Source: Flavobacteriales bacterium
GTDB lineage: Bacteria > Bacteroidota > Bacteroidia > Flavobacteriales_C > GCA-002722245
Assembly: GCA_947444925.1 (NCBI GenBank)
Contig: CANFBW010000002.1
Location: 64,396 to 128,395, forward strand
Direction: 5' to 3'
DNA: 64,000 nucleotides
Shown: piece after piece, positions 1-10,090 of the stretch
Position numbering within the stretch: the first letter of the stretch is position 1
Layout: the number at the start of each line of letters is the position of its first letter
Notes under the pieces: generated by a model
Database searches by the model: none
What the model was told of the DNA's origin: nothing
The model's input: the letters and a program-made list of their open reading frames with translations, nothing else
Translations under genes and position numbers: made by a program

Positions 1-130
1 ATATTGATAGCCAGCGCAGAAGGTTTTTATTCGTGAGCAAAGGCATGAAGACACCATAGTTCGATTGGGGGAAGAATCAACTAAAATTGCTGCTGCTATG
101 ATTTATGCTACACGCATATTGCTACTAAAA

Positions 131-3100
131 ATGAAATTGTTTCTGCTAAGAATTATTTCTTCTGTATCTTCTTTTCGAAGAGTATCAAAATATAGATTTC
201 TCACTTCCTCATTGTTGTTTCTGTTGCTTTTACAAGTACCCGCTTTTTCCCAAAAGCCAACAAAATTGTGGTTTTTCGGATGGCATGCTGGCGGGGGTTC
301 TTCTGCTGGGATGGATTTTTCAGGCGGTGCGCCGGTGCAAATGAATGGCATAACAACTGCTGGATTTTATGAAGGAACAACGGTGCAGTCTGATGAATCT
401 GCCATATTGTTTTACTCCAATGGACATTGGGTTAGAAATATAAATCACGTGATCATGCCCAATGGAAGTGGTTTAACAGGGTCTAATGGCCCGCCCGACG
501 GTAGCGCATGCCAAGGAGCTGTTTCTTTTCCTTATCCAGGTTCATCAAGTAAGTATATTTTGATAACGCCTTCAGCCATCGATGGAACGCCAGGCAATGG
601 AATTCGTTGGACTGAAATTGACATGACGCTTGATGCTGGAAAAGGTGATGTTACGGCCAATAAAGACATTAAATTAACGGGTGGAGATCAGGTAACCGAG
701 ATGATTGGCGTGTATGCTGTGTCGTGCAATGAATTTTGGGTGGTGGGACATGAATACAGCTCCAATAATTTTATTGTTATTCATGTTACAGCTGGAGGTC
801 CGCAAGCGCCCGTAAAATATGCTGTTGGTCCAAATATCAGTGCTGCAGGTGGTGCACGCGGATCCATTAAAATCAGTCCCGACGGAAAAAAATTGGTGAT
901 GGTAGGCGGTTGGCCAACAGGTATGAATATTTTTGATTTTAATGCCGTCACTGGAGCAGTGAGTAATCATGTTGCCGTGGGCACTGTTGCCGGCATGACT
1001 TGGGCCTACGGTGCCGAATGGTCGCCAAACAGCCGTTATGTTTTTATGGGCGGATACACGGTCATTAACGGTATTGTTGTGTATGATGTGCAAACCTCAA
1101 CTGGCGCAAGTGTAACTGGTGCAGGATTGTATGGGGTGCTTCAAATGGGTCCCGACGGAGTGATTTATGTTGCCCCACAAAACAATGGTGGCGATTTAAG
1201 TACAATATCAAATCCCAACAACGGTGCTGCCGCTACGTTTACGTCAAATGGTTATGCAGTTGGCGGAGTTGGGGCATGGTTGGGTTTGCCTCAATCGTAT
1301 ACCTGTCCTTCTGCAATACCTTGTGGAGACACCACTTTATCGGTTTCAATTCCTAATTTGTGTACCGCCGCAACGACTTTTGATTTGGACTCTTATATTG
1401 GTACTTCTGATCCCGGGACATGGTCCATCTCAGGCGGACCGGGTGGATATACCGCCACGGTTGCTGGTGATGGACATACTTTTAACGTGAATAGGACGCT
1501 AGGCGGAACTTATACGGTGCGACATACTTTGACGACAGTGAATCCAGGTTGTCCGTCATATTCAGAAAGAACTTTTAAGGTTTTTGACTTGCCCTCAGTG
1601 ACATTGGTATTGGCCGATGATAAAATATGTAAAAATGAAACGGCACAGGCCATTACGGTTGCTTCGCCAGTCGGAGGAACTTTTAGTGGCGCGGGAGTCA
1701 GCGGCGCGAATTATAATGCAGTGTTGACCAGTGCAGGAGCGCATACTATTACGTATACTTATACCGATGGTAATTCTTGTACCAACACAGCGACCGATGT
1801 AATGACGGTATTTGACAGCACAGCGCTTTCATTTGTTTTGGCAGATGATAAAATGTGTGTGAATGAAGCTGTGCAAACAATAACTCTAGCAACTCCTGCT
1901 GGTGGGACTTTCAGCGGATCAGGTGTAAGTGGCGTGAACTACAATCCGGCACTCACAACGGTTGGTCTACACACCATTACCTACACTTTAGTTGATGTTA
2001 ACAGCTGTACATCAACGGCAACAGATGTAATGACAGTGCTTGACACCACAGCAGTTTCTCTAATTTTGGCAGACGATCAAATGTGTAAAAACGAAAGTGC
2101 GCAAGCCATCACTCTTGCCAGTCCTGTAGGCGGCACTTTCAGTGGATCAGGAGTGAGTGGTAATAACTATGATCCAAGCTCCATAACTGCTGGACCTCAT
2201 ACCATTACCTATACTTTTGTAAGTGTTAATACTTGTACATCAAAGGCAACAGATGTAATGACAGTGCTTGACACCACAGCAGTTTCTCTAATTTTGGCAG
2301 ACGATCAAATGTGTAAAAACGAAAGTGCGCAAGCCATAACTCTTGCCAGTCCTGCAGGCGGCACTTTTAGTGGCGCAGGAGTGAGTGGTAATAACTATGA
2401 TCCAAGCTCCACAACTGCAGGCACTCATACCATTAGCTATACTTTGGTGAATGGAAACACTTGTATTTCAAAGGCAACAGATGTAATGACGGTGTTGGAT
2501 ACCACTGCAGTTTCGTTGATTTTGGCCGACGATCAAATGTGTAAAAATGAAGATCCTCAAGCCATAACAGTTGCTAGCCCTGCAGGCGGCACTTTTAGTG
2601 GCGCAGGAGTGAGTGGTAATAACTATGATCCAAGCTCCACAACTGCAGGACCTCATACCATTACCTATACTTTTGTAAGTGTTAATACTTGTACATCAAA
2701 GGCAACAGATGTAATGACAGTGCTTGACACCACGGCAGTTTCTCTAATTTTGGCAGACGATCAAATGTGTAAAAACGAAAGTGCGCAAGCCATCACTCTT
2801 GCCAGTCCTGCAGGCGGCACTTTTAGTGGCGCGGGCGTGAGTGGCAATAACTATGATCCTGGCGCCACAACCGCAGGACCTCATACCATTAGCTATACTT
2901 TGGTGAATGGAAACAGCTGTACATCAAAAGCAACAGATGTAATGACAGTGTTGGATACCACGGCAGTTTCTCTAATTTTGACGGATGATCAAATGTGTAA
3001 AAACGAAAGTGCGCAAGCCATAACTCTTGCCAGTCCTGCAGGAGGTACTTTCAGTGGATCAGGTGTGAGTGGCAATAACTATGATCCTGGCGCCACAACC

Positions 3101-4630
3101 GCAGGGCTTCATACGATTGTGTACACTTTGGTGAGTGTAAATACCTGTACTTCTATAGCAACAGATGTGATGACCGTTTTTGATACCACAGCACTTTCTT
3201 TTGTGTTGACCAATGATAAGATGTGTAAAAATACGATGGCGCAAAACATTGTCTTGGCGACCCCAAGTGGAGGTGTTTTCAGCGGGCAAGGAGTGAACAA
3301 TGGAAAGTTCGACCCGTCATTGGTTTCAGCTGGTACCCATACCATCGTTTACACTTTTGTTGATGGCAATACGTGTGTCAATAAAGCTTCTGCGGTGATG
3401 ACGGTTTTGGATACCACGGCAGCGTCTTTGCTTTTAGGCGATGATCAAATGTGTATCAATGACCCCGCGCAAGCAATTGCTATAGCGAGTCCGGTCGGCG
3501 GGGTATTTAGTGGTTTGGGTGTGAATGGCAATAATTATGATCCTGCACTGACGGTTGCTGGTACGCATACCATTGCGTACACCTTCGTGAATGCCGACAA
3601 TTGCACCAGTACGGCAAAGGCTTTGATGACTGTAAATGCCTTGCCAGTATTGACTTTGGCTGATACATCTGTGTGCCCCGGAGGTAGCATTGCATTAACA
3701 CCAAGTCCTGCAAATTTTGTGAAATACGAATGGAATTCGAATCCGCTATTGAATGGCGCAACATTGAATTACAATTTGCCAAACACACAAGTGTGGGTGA
3801 AGGTTACTAATGCCAAAGGTTGTGTTGATAGCGCCTTTGCTACTATCGCTATGGGCGACACTTTGCATGTTGATTTTGGAGCCGATCGAGAAATATGTAC
3901 TTATGAGGCATTGACTTTAAATGCTGCGCAATACGGTCCGTTTGCCGCACCGGTTGTTTATACTTGGGACAATGTAGTTGGAAACAGCACAAAAACAATC
4001 AAGAGCAGCGGCCAGTATGGCGTTTTGGTGATGGATGGTAGAGGTTGCGCTGGTAGCGACACAATGGTGCTTACAGTTCGTCAAGCGCCAAAAGTTTCTT
4101 TAGGTAGTGATACCACTGTGTGTTTCACAGGACACGAAGTGTGGAAGGGATTTGTGACCGATACTTTCGCCACTATTAAATGGTCTACCGGATCAACGGA
4201 CAGTGCTGCTTTGCTGGAGGAGATAGGAGATGTTTCCGTATTGGTGACAAATCAATACCATTGCGCAGCGGCAGACACCTTAAGTGTGAAGGAGTTTTGT
4301 AAACCGATGCCGCTGTGTTTTCCAAACGTAATGACGCCGAACGGAGATGGTATGAACGATGTTTTTACTCCTTGCATAGAGCTGTATAAAAAGATTGACG
4401 ACGGCAATTACAAGGGCGTTATTGACAATATTATTTTTGTAAGCTTTGTGGTGTATGACCGCTGGGGAATTAAGGTAAATCAGACTTTGGACGTAATTCC
4501 AAAATGGGATGGTACATTTCAAGGCAGGATAGTTGCAAATGGCACCTATTACTATGTGGTGCGTTATTCCGATTCGTCGAAAACCAATTATGAACAAACG
4601 GGGTACATTACCCTTTTGACGAATCCTTAA
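131..4630 (+). CDS. Large secreted repetitive surface protein with a T9SS type-B C-terminal sorting domain (gliding-motility-associated CTD)
   Basis: 1,521-aa ORF. N-terminal hydrophobic signal-like segment. About 12 tandem ~80-aa repeats (consensus ...VSGNNYDPSSTTAGPHTITYTF...CTSKATDVMTVLDTTAVSLILADDQMCKNE...). C-terminus PNVMTPNGDGMNDVFTP...YDRWG matches the CHU_C/T9SS type-B CTD signature. Start is uncertain; ATGs at 98 and 131 are both possible. Confidence 0.75.
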   Translation: MKLFLLRIISSVSSFRRVSKYRFLTSSLLFLLLLQVPAFSQKPTKLWFFGWHAGGGSSAGMDFSGGAPVQMNGITTAGFYEGTTVQSDESAILFYSNGHWVRNINHVIMPNGSGLTGSNGPPDGSACQGAVSFPYPGSSSKYILITPSAIDGTPGNGIRWTEIDMTLDAGKGDVTANKDIKLTGGDQVTEMIGVYAVSCNEFWVVGHEYSSNNFIVIHVTAGGPQAPVKYAVGPNISAAGGARGSIKISPDGKKLVMVGGWPTGMNIFDFNAVTGAVSNHVAVGTVAGMTWAYGAEWSPNSRYVFMGGYTVINGIVVYDVQTSTGASVTGAGLYGVLQMGPDGVIYVAPQNNGGDLSTISNPNNGAAATFTSNGYAVGGVGAWLGLPQSYTCPSAIPCGDTTLSVSIPNLCTAATTFDLDSYIGTSDPGTWSISGGPGGYTATVAGDGHTFNVNRTLGGTYTVRHTLTTVNPGCPSYSERTFKVFDLPSVTLVLADDKICKNETAQAITVASPVGGTFSGAGVSGANYNAVLTSAGAHTITYTYTDGNSCTNTATDVMTVFDSTALSFVLADDKMCVNEAVQTITLATPAGGTFSGSGVSGVNYNPALTTVGLHTITYTLVDVNSCTSTATDVMTVLDTTAVSLILADDQMCKNESAQAITLASPVGGTFSGSGVSGNNYDPSSITAGPHTITYTFVSVNTCTSKATDVMTVLDTTAVSLILADDQMCKNESAQAITLASPAGGTFSGAGVSGNNYDPSSTTAGTHTISYTLVNGNTCISKATDVMTVLDTTAVSLILADDQMCKNEDPQAITVASPAGGTFSGAGVSGNNYDPSSTTAGPHTITYTFVSVNTCTSKATDVMTVLDTTAVSLILADDQMCKNESAQAITLASPAGGTFSGAGVSGNNYDPGATTAGPHTISYTLVNGNSCTSKATDVMTVLDTTAVSLILTDDQMCKNESAQAITLASPAGGTFSGSGVSGNNYDPGATTAGLHTIVYTLVSVNTCTSIATDVMTVFDTTALSFVLTNDKMCKNTMAQNIVLATPSGGVFSGQGVNNGKFDPSLVSAGTHTIVYTFVDGNTCVNKASAVMTVLDTTAASLLLGDDQMCINDPAQAIAIASPVGGVFSGLGVNGNNYDPALTVAGTHTIAYTFVNADNCTSTAKALMTVNALPVLTLADTSVCPGGSIALTPSPANFVKYEWNSNPLLNGATLNYNLPNTQVWVKVTNAKGCVDSAFATIAMGDTLHVDFGADREICTYEALTLNAAQYGPFAAPVVYTWDNVVGNSTKTIKSSGQYGVLVMDGRGCAGSDTMVLTVRQAPKVSLGSDTTVCFTGHEVWKGFVTDTFATIKWSTGSTDSAALLEEIGDVSVLVTNQYHCAAADTLSVKEFCKPMPLCFPNVMTPNGDGMNDVFTPCIELYKKIDDGNYKGVIDNIIFVSFVVYDRWGIKVNQTLDVIPKWDGTFQGRIVANGTYYYVVRYSDSSKTNYEQTGYITLLTNP
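1585..3640 (+). repeat. Intragenic tandem repeat array, period ~240 bp, ~8-9 copies, several near-identical at the DNA level
   Basis: Direct reading: e.g. 2041-2130 vs 2281-2370 vs 2521-2600 vs 2701-2790 are almost identical (tgacaccac(a/g)gcagtttctctaattttggcagacgatcaaatgtgtaaaaacgaaagtgcgcaagccat...). Confidence 0.7.
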
Positions 4631-4649
4631 CGCATGCTTCAATATTTGT

Positions 4650-4686
4650 AAACGGCAATAAGTTCACTTGTTGCCGTTTTTTTTAT
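4650..4686 (+). terminator. Rho-independent terminator after the large T9SS protein gene
   Basis: aacggcaa...ttgccgtt stem followed by a T9 run. Confidence 0.5.
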
Positions 4687-4718
4687 TGATTAGCGTATCT
4701 TTGAAAAAAAATAGCAGC

Positions 4719-5090
4719 ATGAAAGCAAAAATATTAATCAATTCAGGTGAACATTCATTTTCTTCTGATCCTTCAGAAGAAGTAAACAGCATAACGCTCA
4801 GAGACGAAGCGGTTTTTAAATTGTCATTGTTTGATGCCGACGGAAAAGCAGAGGTTTTTGATATTCCCAACTGCAAGATTATCACTGTTGAAGGTTCAAA
4901 ATTCAAAGAAGAAATAGTGATTTCAAAATCATTGATCGATTGTTTGGAGCAAGAAGTAGAAGGTGACGAAGAAACGGTGCACATTGAATTGTGGACAGAG
5001 GTAGAGATTTGGAATCCTGGTTTTGCGCAAGGTTTTTTCTTTGACCTTAAAGATGTTCCAGAGGTTTTGAAAGACATTGAATTAAAATAA
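4719..5090 (+). CDS. Hypothetical acidic protein
   Basis: ORF with ATG at 4719 (MKAKILINSGEHSF...). No recognisable motif. Glu/Asp-rich. Confidence 0.4.
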   Translation: MKAKILINSGEHSFSSDPSEEVNSITLRDEAVFKLSLFDADGKAEVFDIPNCKIITVEGSKFKEEIVISKSLIDCLEQEVEGDEETVHIELWTEVEIWNPGFAQGFFFDLKDVPEVLKDIELK

Positions 5091-5107
5091 TTCTCAAAAA
5101 ACAGCGC

Positions 5108-5500
5108 ATGACCTTAATTAAACACATCAATAAGGTAAAGACCTTTCACGAGGCCTTTAAAATTGGCAATAGTGAAGCGCCCACAACAGCGCTGAGCAAA
5201 GAAGAAATACTTTTGCGTTACAATCTCTTGCATGAAGAAAATGAAGAGTATTTGGAGGCGGCGAATAAAGGCGATATTGTAGAAATTGCCGATGCTTTAG
5301 GTGACCAGCTCTACATTCTTTTTGGAACAATGTTGAGACATGGTTTGCAATACAAAATTGAGGAAGTGTTCGATGAGATTCAGCGTTCCAACATGTCCAA
5401 ACTTGATGCCAACGGACAACCCATTTACCGTGAAGATGGCAAGGTGCTGAAAGGGCCCGCATATTTTCGTCCAGACATCAAAAGCATCTTAAATAAGTAA
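5108..5500 (+). CDS. MazG/HisE-superfamily all-alpha NTP pyrophosphohydrolase-like protein
   Basis: 130 aa. The motif EENEEYLEAA...IVEIADALGDQLYILFGT...VFDEIQRSNMSKL resembles the EExxE...E[IL]ADxLGD metal-binding helices of MazG-like NTP-PPases. Confidence 0.5.
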   Translation: MTLIKHINKVKTFHEAFKIGNSEAPTTALSKEEILLRYNLLHEENEEYLEAANKGDIVEIADALGDQLYILFGTMLRHGLQYKIEEVFDEIQRSNMSKLDANGQPIYREDGKVLKGPAYFRPDIKSILNK

Positions 5501-5538
5501 AATTTCTTTAGCCAAAGTTATCAACCGAAATCCGTTTT

Positions 5539-5901
5539 TTGTTGGTAAATACTATTGCCCTGAAAGCAACGCAAGCGTCATTCATCCGTATTATTAGCAC
5601 AGTAGTTGTTTGTATTGAATATACACTTGATGAAACTCTAAAATACATTTGTATGGAAGAATTTAATTTGAATTACCAGCACCGATACCCGAGAATTGAA
5701 TTCAGCAATGGTGTCAAAATGTTTGGCGTACTTTGGGCCATATACAACAACAAGAAGCGTAAAATGGATTATTATTTTGCCGATTCTAGTGAAATGCGCA
5801 AGCTCAATCAAAGCAATCCTGCTATTTTGTTGGAAGGTATCCGCAAACTGCATCATGTATTCAGAAAAGATGAAATTGTCGCTGTAGAATACCTCAATTA
5901 A
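5539..5901 (+). CDS. Hypothetical protein
   Basis: 120-aa ORF (possibly shorter, from MEEFNLNYQ...). No motif recognised. Confidence 0.3.
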   Translation: MLVNTIALKATQASFIRIISTVVVCIEYTLDETLKYICMEEFNLNYQHRYPRIEFSNGVKMFGVLWAIYNNKKRKMDYYFADSSEMRKLNQSNPAILLEGIRKLHHVFRKDEIVAVEYLN

Positions 5902-5978
5902 GCGGTTAAATACTAATATATGTTAAGGCTTATTGACTTGTGCGGCTTTCTGTTACTTTTGTAACTTAGGCTCAACTT

Positions 5979-7508
5979 GTGAAAAAGCAATACATTAAAA
6001 CCTTATTTCTTGTGATGGCTTTTGCGCTCGTGGGATTGAGCGCCATTCAAATTTATTGGGTGCACAATGCTATTGGTATCAAAGAGCAGCAATTTCAAGA
6101 AAATGTAGGGAGAGCCCTTTACAATGTAGTTTACAAAGCTGAAAAAATTGAGGCCGCACATTACATTAAGATTCACCGCTTGAGTGAATTTGCTGTTGGC
6201 GGAAGAATTGGGCAAAATCAAAGCAAAGATATTGGTTTAGATAGTTCATGCTGCCATTTCCCTTCACACGCAAACAGCAAGGATGACCTTTCTGAATATG
6301 TGACTGGTGAAGGTAAATTACTCAAACGCAGTCGTTCAGCACTTCTTGCTCAATTTGAGCAGGAGATCAATACTACATTCGATCGAGCGGGTATTGACGA
6401 GATTAAGTCGGGAATGGTAAGTGATATCATTAACGATATGATGAACATGCAAAAATCGAGAGTGGAAGAGCGCATCGATCCAGGAATCATTAATCTATTA
6501 TTGGAAGAAGAGTTGTTGAGGGAGGGTCTGAACACTGAGTTTTATTTTGGTGTATTGTCGCAAACGCAGGGAGTAGAGCTGAAGCAGAAGGCTGCGTCTG
6601 ATGAAAAACTTTTGTTAACGCCGTATAAGATCAAAATGTTTCCCGGTGAATTCTCCGTATATCCAAGTTATTTAAGCGTTTATTTCCCCAGGGAAAGAGG
6701 TTTTTTGTGGAAATCGATGATTGGTGTAATGTCTATTTCTGCAATTTTTATAGCCGCTATTATTTTTGTTTTTTGGTACAGTCTGTCTATCATTTTAAAC
6801 CAAAAGAAATTGGCCATTGTAAAAAATGATTTCATCAACAACATGACACATGAACTGAAAACACCAATATCTACAATTTCATTGGCCTGTGAGGTATTGA
6901 AAGACCGCAGTATTCCAAAGGATCAGGAACGTTTAGACCATTATGTGGAAGTCATCAATGAAGAGAATAAACGACTCGGTATTTTGGTGGAAAACGTATT
7001 GCAGTCGGCCGTTTGGGATAGACCTGATTTTAAGCTCAATAAAATTGAGTTGAATGTGCATGAACTTATTCAGCAAGTAGTGGATAGAAGTCACGTACAA
7101 TTGGATGCCAAAAATGGGCAAATTGAAACAACTTTATTGGCCACTGCCTCTTTGTTGGACGTGGACAGAATACATTTCACCAATGTGTTATATAATTTGA
7201 TTGACAATGCTATAAAATACTGTAAAGACAAACCTGTCATACATTTGAGCACGCGTGATGCAGAGGGAGGGATCGTGATTCAGGTGAGTGACAATGGCAT
7301 AGGGATTAGCAAGGAGAATCAGAAAAAAATATTTGAAAAATTATATCGTGTTCCCACGGGAAACTTGCATGATGTAAAAGGGTTTGGACTCGGCTTGAGC
7401 TACGTAAAGGCAATTATTGATCAACATGGTGGAGAAATTCAAGTCAGGAGTCAGTTAAATCAAGGAACAACTTTTAGCATATTCATTCCAAAAAAATCAG
7501 AAATATGA
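5979..7508 (+). CDS. Sensor histidine kinase (HisKA + HATPase_c), membrane-anchored
   Basis: H-box MTHELKTPISTIS. N/G boxes DNGIGISKENQKKIFEKLYRV...GFGLGLSYVK. N-terminal TM segments. GTG start at 5979; its stop overlaps the downstream response-regulator start at 7505-7508. Confidence 0.85.
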   Translation: MKKQYIKTLFLVMAFALVGLSAIQIYWVHNAIGIKEQQFQENVGRALYNVVYKAEKIEAAHYIKIHRLSEFAVGGRIGQNQSKDIGLDSSCCHFPSHANSKDDLSEYVTGEGKLLKRSRSALLAQFEQEINTTFDRAGIDEIKSGMVSDIINDMMNMQKSRVEERIDPGIINLLLEEELLREGLNTEFYFGVLSQTQGVELKQKAASDEKLLLTPYKIKMFPGEFSVYPSYLSVYFPRERGFLWKSMIGVMSISAIFIAAIIFVFWYSLSIILNQKKLAIVKNDFINNMTHELKTPISTISLACEVLKDRSIPKDQERLDHYVEVINEENKRLGILVENVLQSAVWDRPDFKLNKIELNVHELIQQVVDRSHVQLDAKNGQIETTLLATASLLDVDRIHFTNVLYNLIDNAIKYCKDKPVIHLSTRDAEGGIVIQVSDNGIGISKENQKKIFEKLYRVPTGNLHDVKGFGLGLSYVKAIIDQHGGEIQVRSQLNQGTTFSIFIPKKSEI

Positions 7509-8200
7509 ACACTGAAAAAATTAAAATTTTATTGGTCGAGGACGATAAAAATTTAGGTAATCTTTTGAAAGACTATTTAATTGCCAAAGGTTATGACACC
7601 CAATTGGAGGTCGATGGAGACAAGGGTATCAAAGCTTTTTTGGCAGGTAAATTCGACATGTGCGTACTCGACATTATGATGCCAATTAAAGACGGCTTTA
7701 CTCTTGCCAAGGAAATTAGAAATACCAATAAGCAAGTGCCTATTATTTTTTTAACGGCACGTTCTTTAAAGGAAGACAAATTGGAGGGTTTCCGCTCCGG
7801 TGCCGACGATTACATTACCAAGCCGTTTACCATGGAGGAGTTGTCAGCGCGTATTCAAGCGGTTTTGCGCAGAAGTACTGGCGTCATGGTAAGTACCGAG
7901 AAGAAAATGTTTGACGTCGGGAAGTATTATTTTGATTACGATCATCAGTCGTTAAAGGGACCAAATGGCAGTCAGAAATTGACCAGCAAAGAAACAGAGT
8001 TGTTGAAAATGCTGTGTGACAATATGAATGCTGTGCTTGAGCGCGGCATCGCACTAAATCAAATTTGGAAAGACGATAGTTATTTCAATGCGCGAAGTAT
8101 GGATGTGTACATTACCAAGTTGCGAAAGTATTTGAAAGACGACGACAGTATTGAAATTGTAAATGTGCACGGACGGGGTTTTAAATTGACTGTGGGTTAG
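7505..8200 (+). CDS. Response regulator, OmpR/PhoB family (receiver + winged-helix)
   Basis: ILLVEDD...D56-like MCVLDIMMP...FLTA receiver motifs. C-terminal trans_reg_C (LTSKETELLKML...VYITKLRKYL). 4-bp start/stop overlap with the histidine kinase. Confidence 0.85.
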   Translation: MNTEKIKILLVEDDKNLGNLLKDYLIAKGYDTQLEVDGDKGIKAFLAGKFDMCVLDIMMPIKDGFTLAKEIRNTNKQVPIIFLTARSLKEDKLEGFRSGADDYITKPFTMEELSARIQAVLRRSTGVMVSTEKKMFDVGKYYFDYDHQSLKGPNGSQKLTSKETELLKMLCDNMNAVLERGIALNQIWKDDSYFNARSMDVYITKLRKYLKDDDSIEIVNVHGRGFKLTVG

Positions 8201-8252
8201 TTTTTTATTGATTTTCACTGCTGCTAAGATGTTGACAGACCTAGAGGGGTGA

Positions 8253-9224
8253 TTAATGCGCAATATTCATGGCGTCGATAAGTTGCACAAGGTCAATGTC
8301 CTTAATGCATTTGAAATGTCCTTTTGGACATTCTTTGTAGCCGATTTTTGAGCAAGGTCTGCAATTTAAACCTTTCACTTCAGCGATTTGAAAAGACTTT
8401 GCCTGTTTTGGTAGGTAGGGATACATGCCAAATTCGGGAATTGTAGAGCCCCAAACACTTATTATTTTTTTGTTAAAAGCGCTTGCAATATGCATCATTC
8501 CAGTATCAGGCGTTACAACACAATGCGCGTTTTTAAGTATCAAAGCCGATTGGTGCAAAGTACCAACACCGCAAAAATTGATTGTATTTTTGTTGCAATG
8601 CGAAGTAATTCGCGCGCCTAAATCTGCCTCTTTTTTTCCTCCAAGTAAAACCAACGGCAGTGTGCTTTTTTGAGCTATTGCGGTGAGTTGTGTTTCTGTT
8701 AATGTTTTGGTGGCGTGTGCAGCACCTACTACGAGTACGTTATAGGTTGCCGGTAATTCAAAGGGAAGCACTGTGTCTGCTGGAATAAAATAACTTAAGC
8801 CTTCGCTGTCATTGCTTACGCCAAATTCTTCCACAGCTTTGAAATAGCGGTCGATAATGTGAATTTTGGGCAGAATGTCCATTTTGAATTTCACCATCAA
8901 AAATTTTTCGACATTCAGTTTGGGGTATGAAGTGCTATGAACGCCCAATTCGAGGATTGCTTTTTTTGAGCGCAGATTTTTGTGCAGATCGATGATGTGG
9001 TCGTATTTTTCTTTTTTCAATGCAGTCAATACTTCGCGTGTAGAGCGCTCAATAGCGAAAACCTTGTCAATGTTTGGGTTTTCACTCACAAGTACTGCAA
9101 AGTTTGATTTTGTGAGAAAGTGAATGCTGCAATCGGGAAATTTTTTTTTCAAACAACGCACAAGAGGCGTGGTCAAAACAATGTCTCCAATGGAACTGAA
9201 TCTAATAATGAGGAATTTCTTCAC
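8253..9224 (-). CDS. Glycosyltransferase family 9 (ADP-heptose:LPS heptosyltransferase-like)
   Basis: N-terminus MKKFLIIRFSSIGDIVLTTPLVRCLKKKFP and C-terminal GxxSxxxHLAAA-like MMHIASAF are typical of GT9 heptosyltransferases. Confidence 0.7.
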   Translation of the reverse strand: MKKFLIIRFSSIGDIVLTTPLVRCLKKKFPDCSIHFLTKSNFAVLVSENPNIDKVFAIERSTREVLTALKKEKYDHIIDLHKNLRSKKAILELGVHSTSYPKLNVEKFLMVKFKMDILPKIHIIDRYFKAVEEFGVSNDSEGLSYFIPADTVLPFELPATYNVLVVGAAHATKTLTETQLTAIAQKSTLPLVLLGGKKEADLGARITSHCNKNTINFCGVGTLHQSALILKNAHCVVTPDTGMMHIASAFNKKIISVWGSTIPEFGMYPYLPKQAKSFQIAEVKGLNCRPCSKIGYKECPKGHFKCIKDIDLVQLIDAMNIAH

Positions 9225-9305
9225 GACTTAAAGATAAAACCTAAATTTGATTTATGAAACGCGCCTTTCATTTCCCTTGGAATAGAAAAGTATAGATATT
9301 TGTAA

Positions 9306-10073
9306 ATGAATTTGATCGACACTCACGCCCACCTTTACCAAGAAGAATTTTTGCCTGACATTGATGGCGTGATTGCACGCGCGAAGGAAAACGGAATTTC
9401 TAAAATATATTTGCCAAATGTCGATGTCCCTTCTATTGCTGAATTAAAGGCTTTGGTGCTAAAGGATTCTGCGCTTTTTATTCCGATGATGGGCCTGCAT
9501 CCATGTTACGTCAAAGATGATTACAAAGATCAGTTGTCCATTATTGAAGCCGAGTTGCGCCAAGGAACATACGTTGCAGTGGGTGAAATAGGTATCGATT
9601 TGTTTTGGGACAAATCTTTTTTGATGCAGCAGCAAGAGGCTTTTCGCACCCAAATCACCTGGGCACAAGAATTAAATTTACCCATTGTAATTCACGCTAG
9701 AGATTCGTTGGAAGAGATTTTTCAAATTTTGGAAGCGCAAAAAGGCCCTACTTTGAAAGGGATTTTTCATTGTTTTTCGGGAACGGTCGACGACGCCAAA
9801 AGAGTCATTGCGCTCGGCTTTAAAATTGGTGTTGGCGGAGTCGTCACCTTTAAAAATGCTGGTTTAGACAAGGTGCTCAAAGAAATTGCGTTGGAACATC
9901 TGGTGCTTGAAACCGATGCGCCATATTTAACGCCTGTTCCACATAGGGGCAAACGAAATGAATCTTCTTACGTTAAAGGAATAGCAGAGAAAGTAGCAGA
10001 GCTCTATGCGCTGCCACTCAGCGAAGTGGCGCGTGTAACAACGGAAAACGCCGCGGCAATTTTTGATTTTTAA
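9306..10073 (+). CDS. tatD: TatD-family metal-dependent hydrolase/DNase
   Basis: MNLIDTHAHLYQEEF...GEIGIDLFW...HCFSG...LETDAPYL motifs. Confidence 0.85.
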   Translation: MNLIDTHAHLYQEEFLPDIDGVIARAKENGISKIYLPNVDVPSIAELKALVLKDSALFIPMMGLHPCYVKDDYKDQLSIIEAELRQGTYVAVGEIGIDLFWDKSFLMQQQEAFRTQITWAQELNLPIVIHARDSLEEIFQILEAQKGPTLKGIFHCFSGTVDDAKRVIALGFKIGVGGVVTFKNAGLDKVLKEIALEHLVLETDAPYLTPVPHRGKRNESSYVKGIAEKVAELYALPLSEVARVTTENAAAIFDF

Positions 10074-10090
10074 TCTTTGAACTTGAAATT

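Noticed and set aside
674-4642. Multiple antisense ORFs (e.g. 674-1093, 2468-2656, 3059-3345, 3507-3788, 4280-4642) inside the large T9SS protein gene
   Set aside because: They lie entirely within a long, well-supported coding frame and have low-complexity, Cys/His-rich compositions. They are typical shadow ORFs generated by the repetitive coding sequence.
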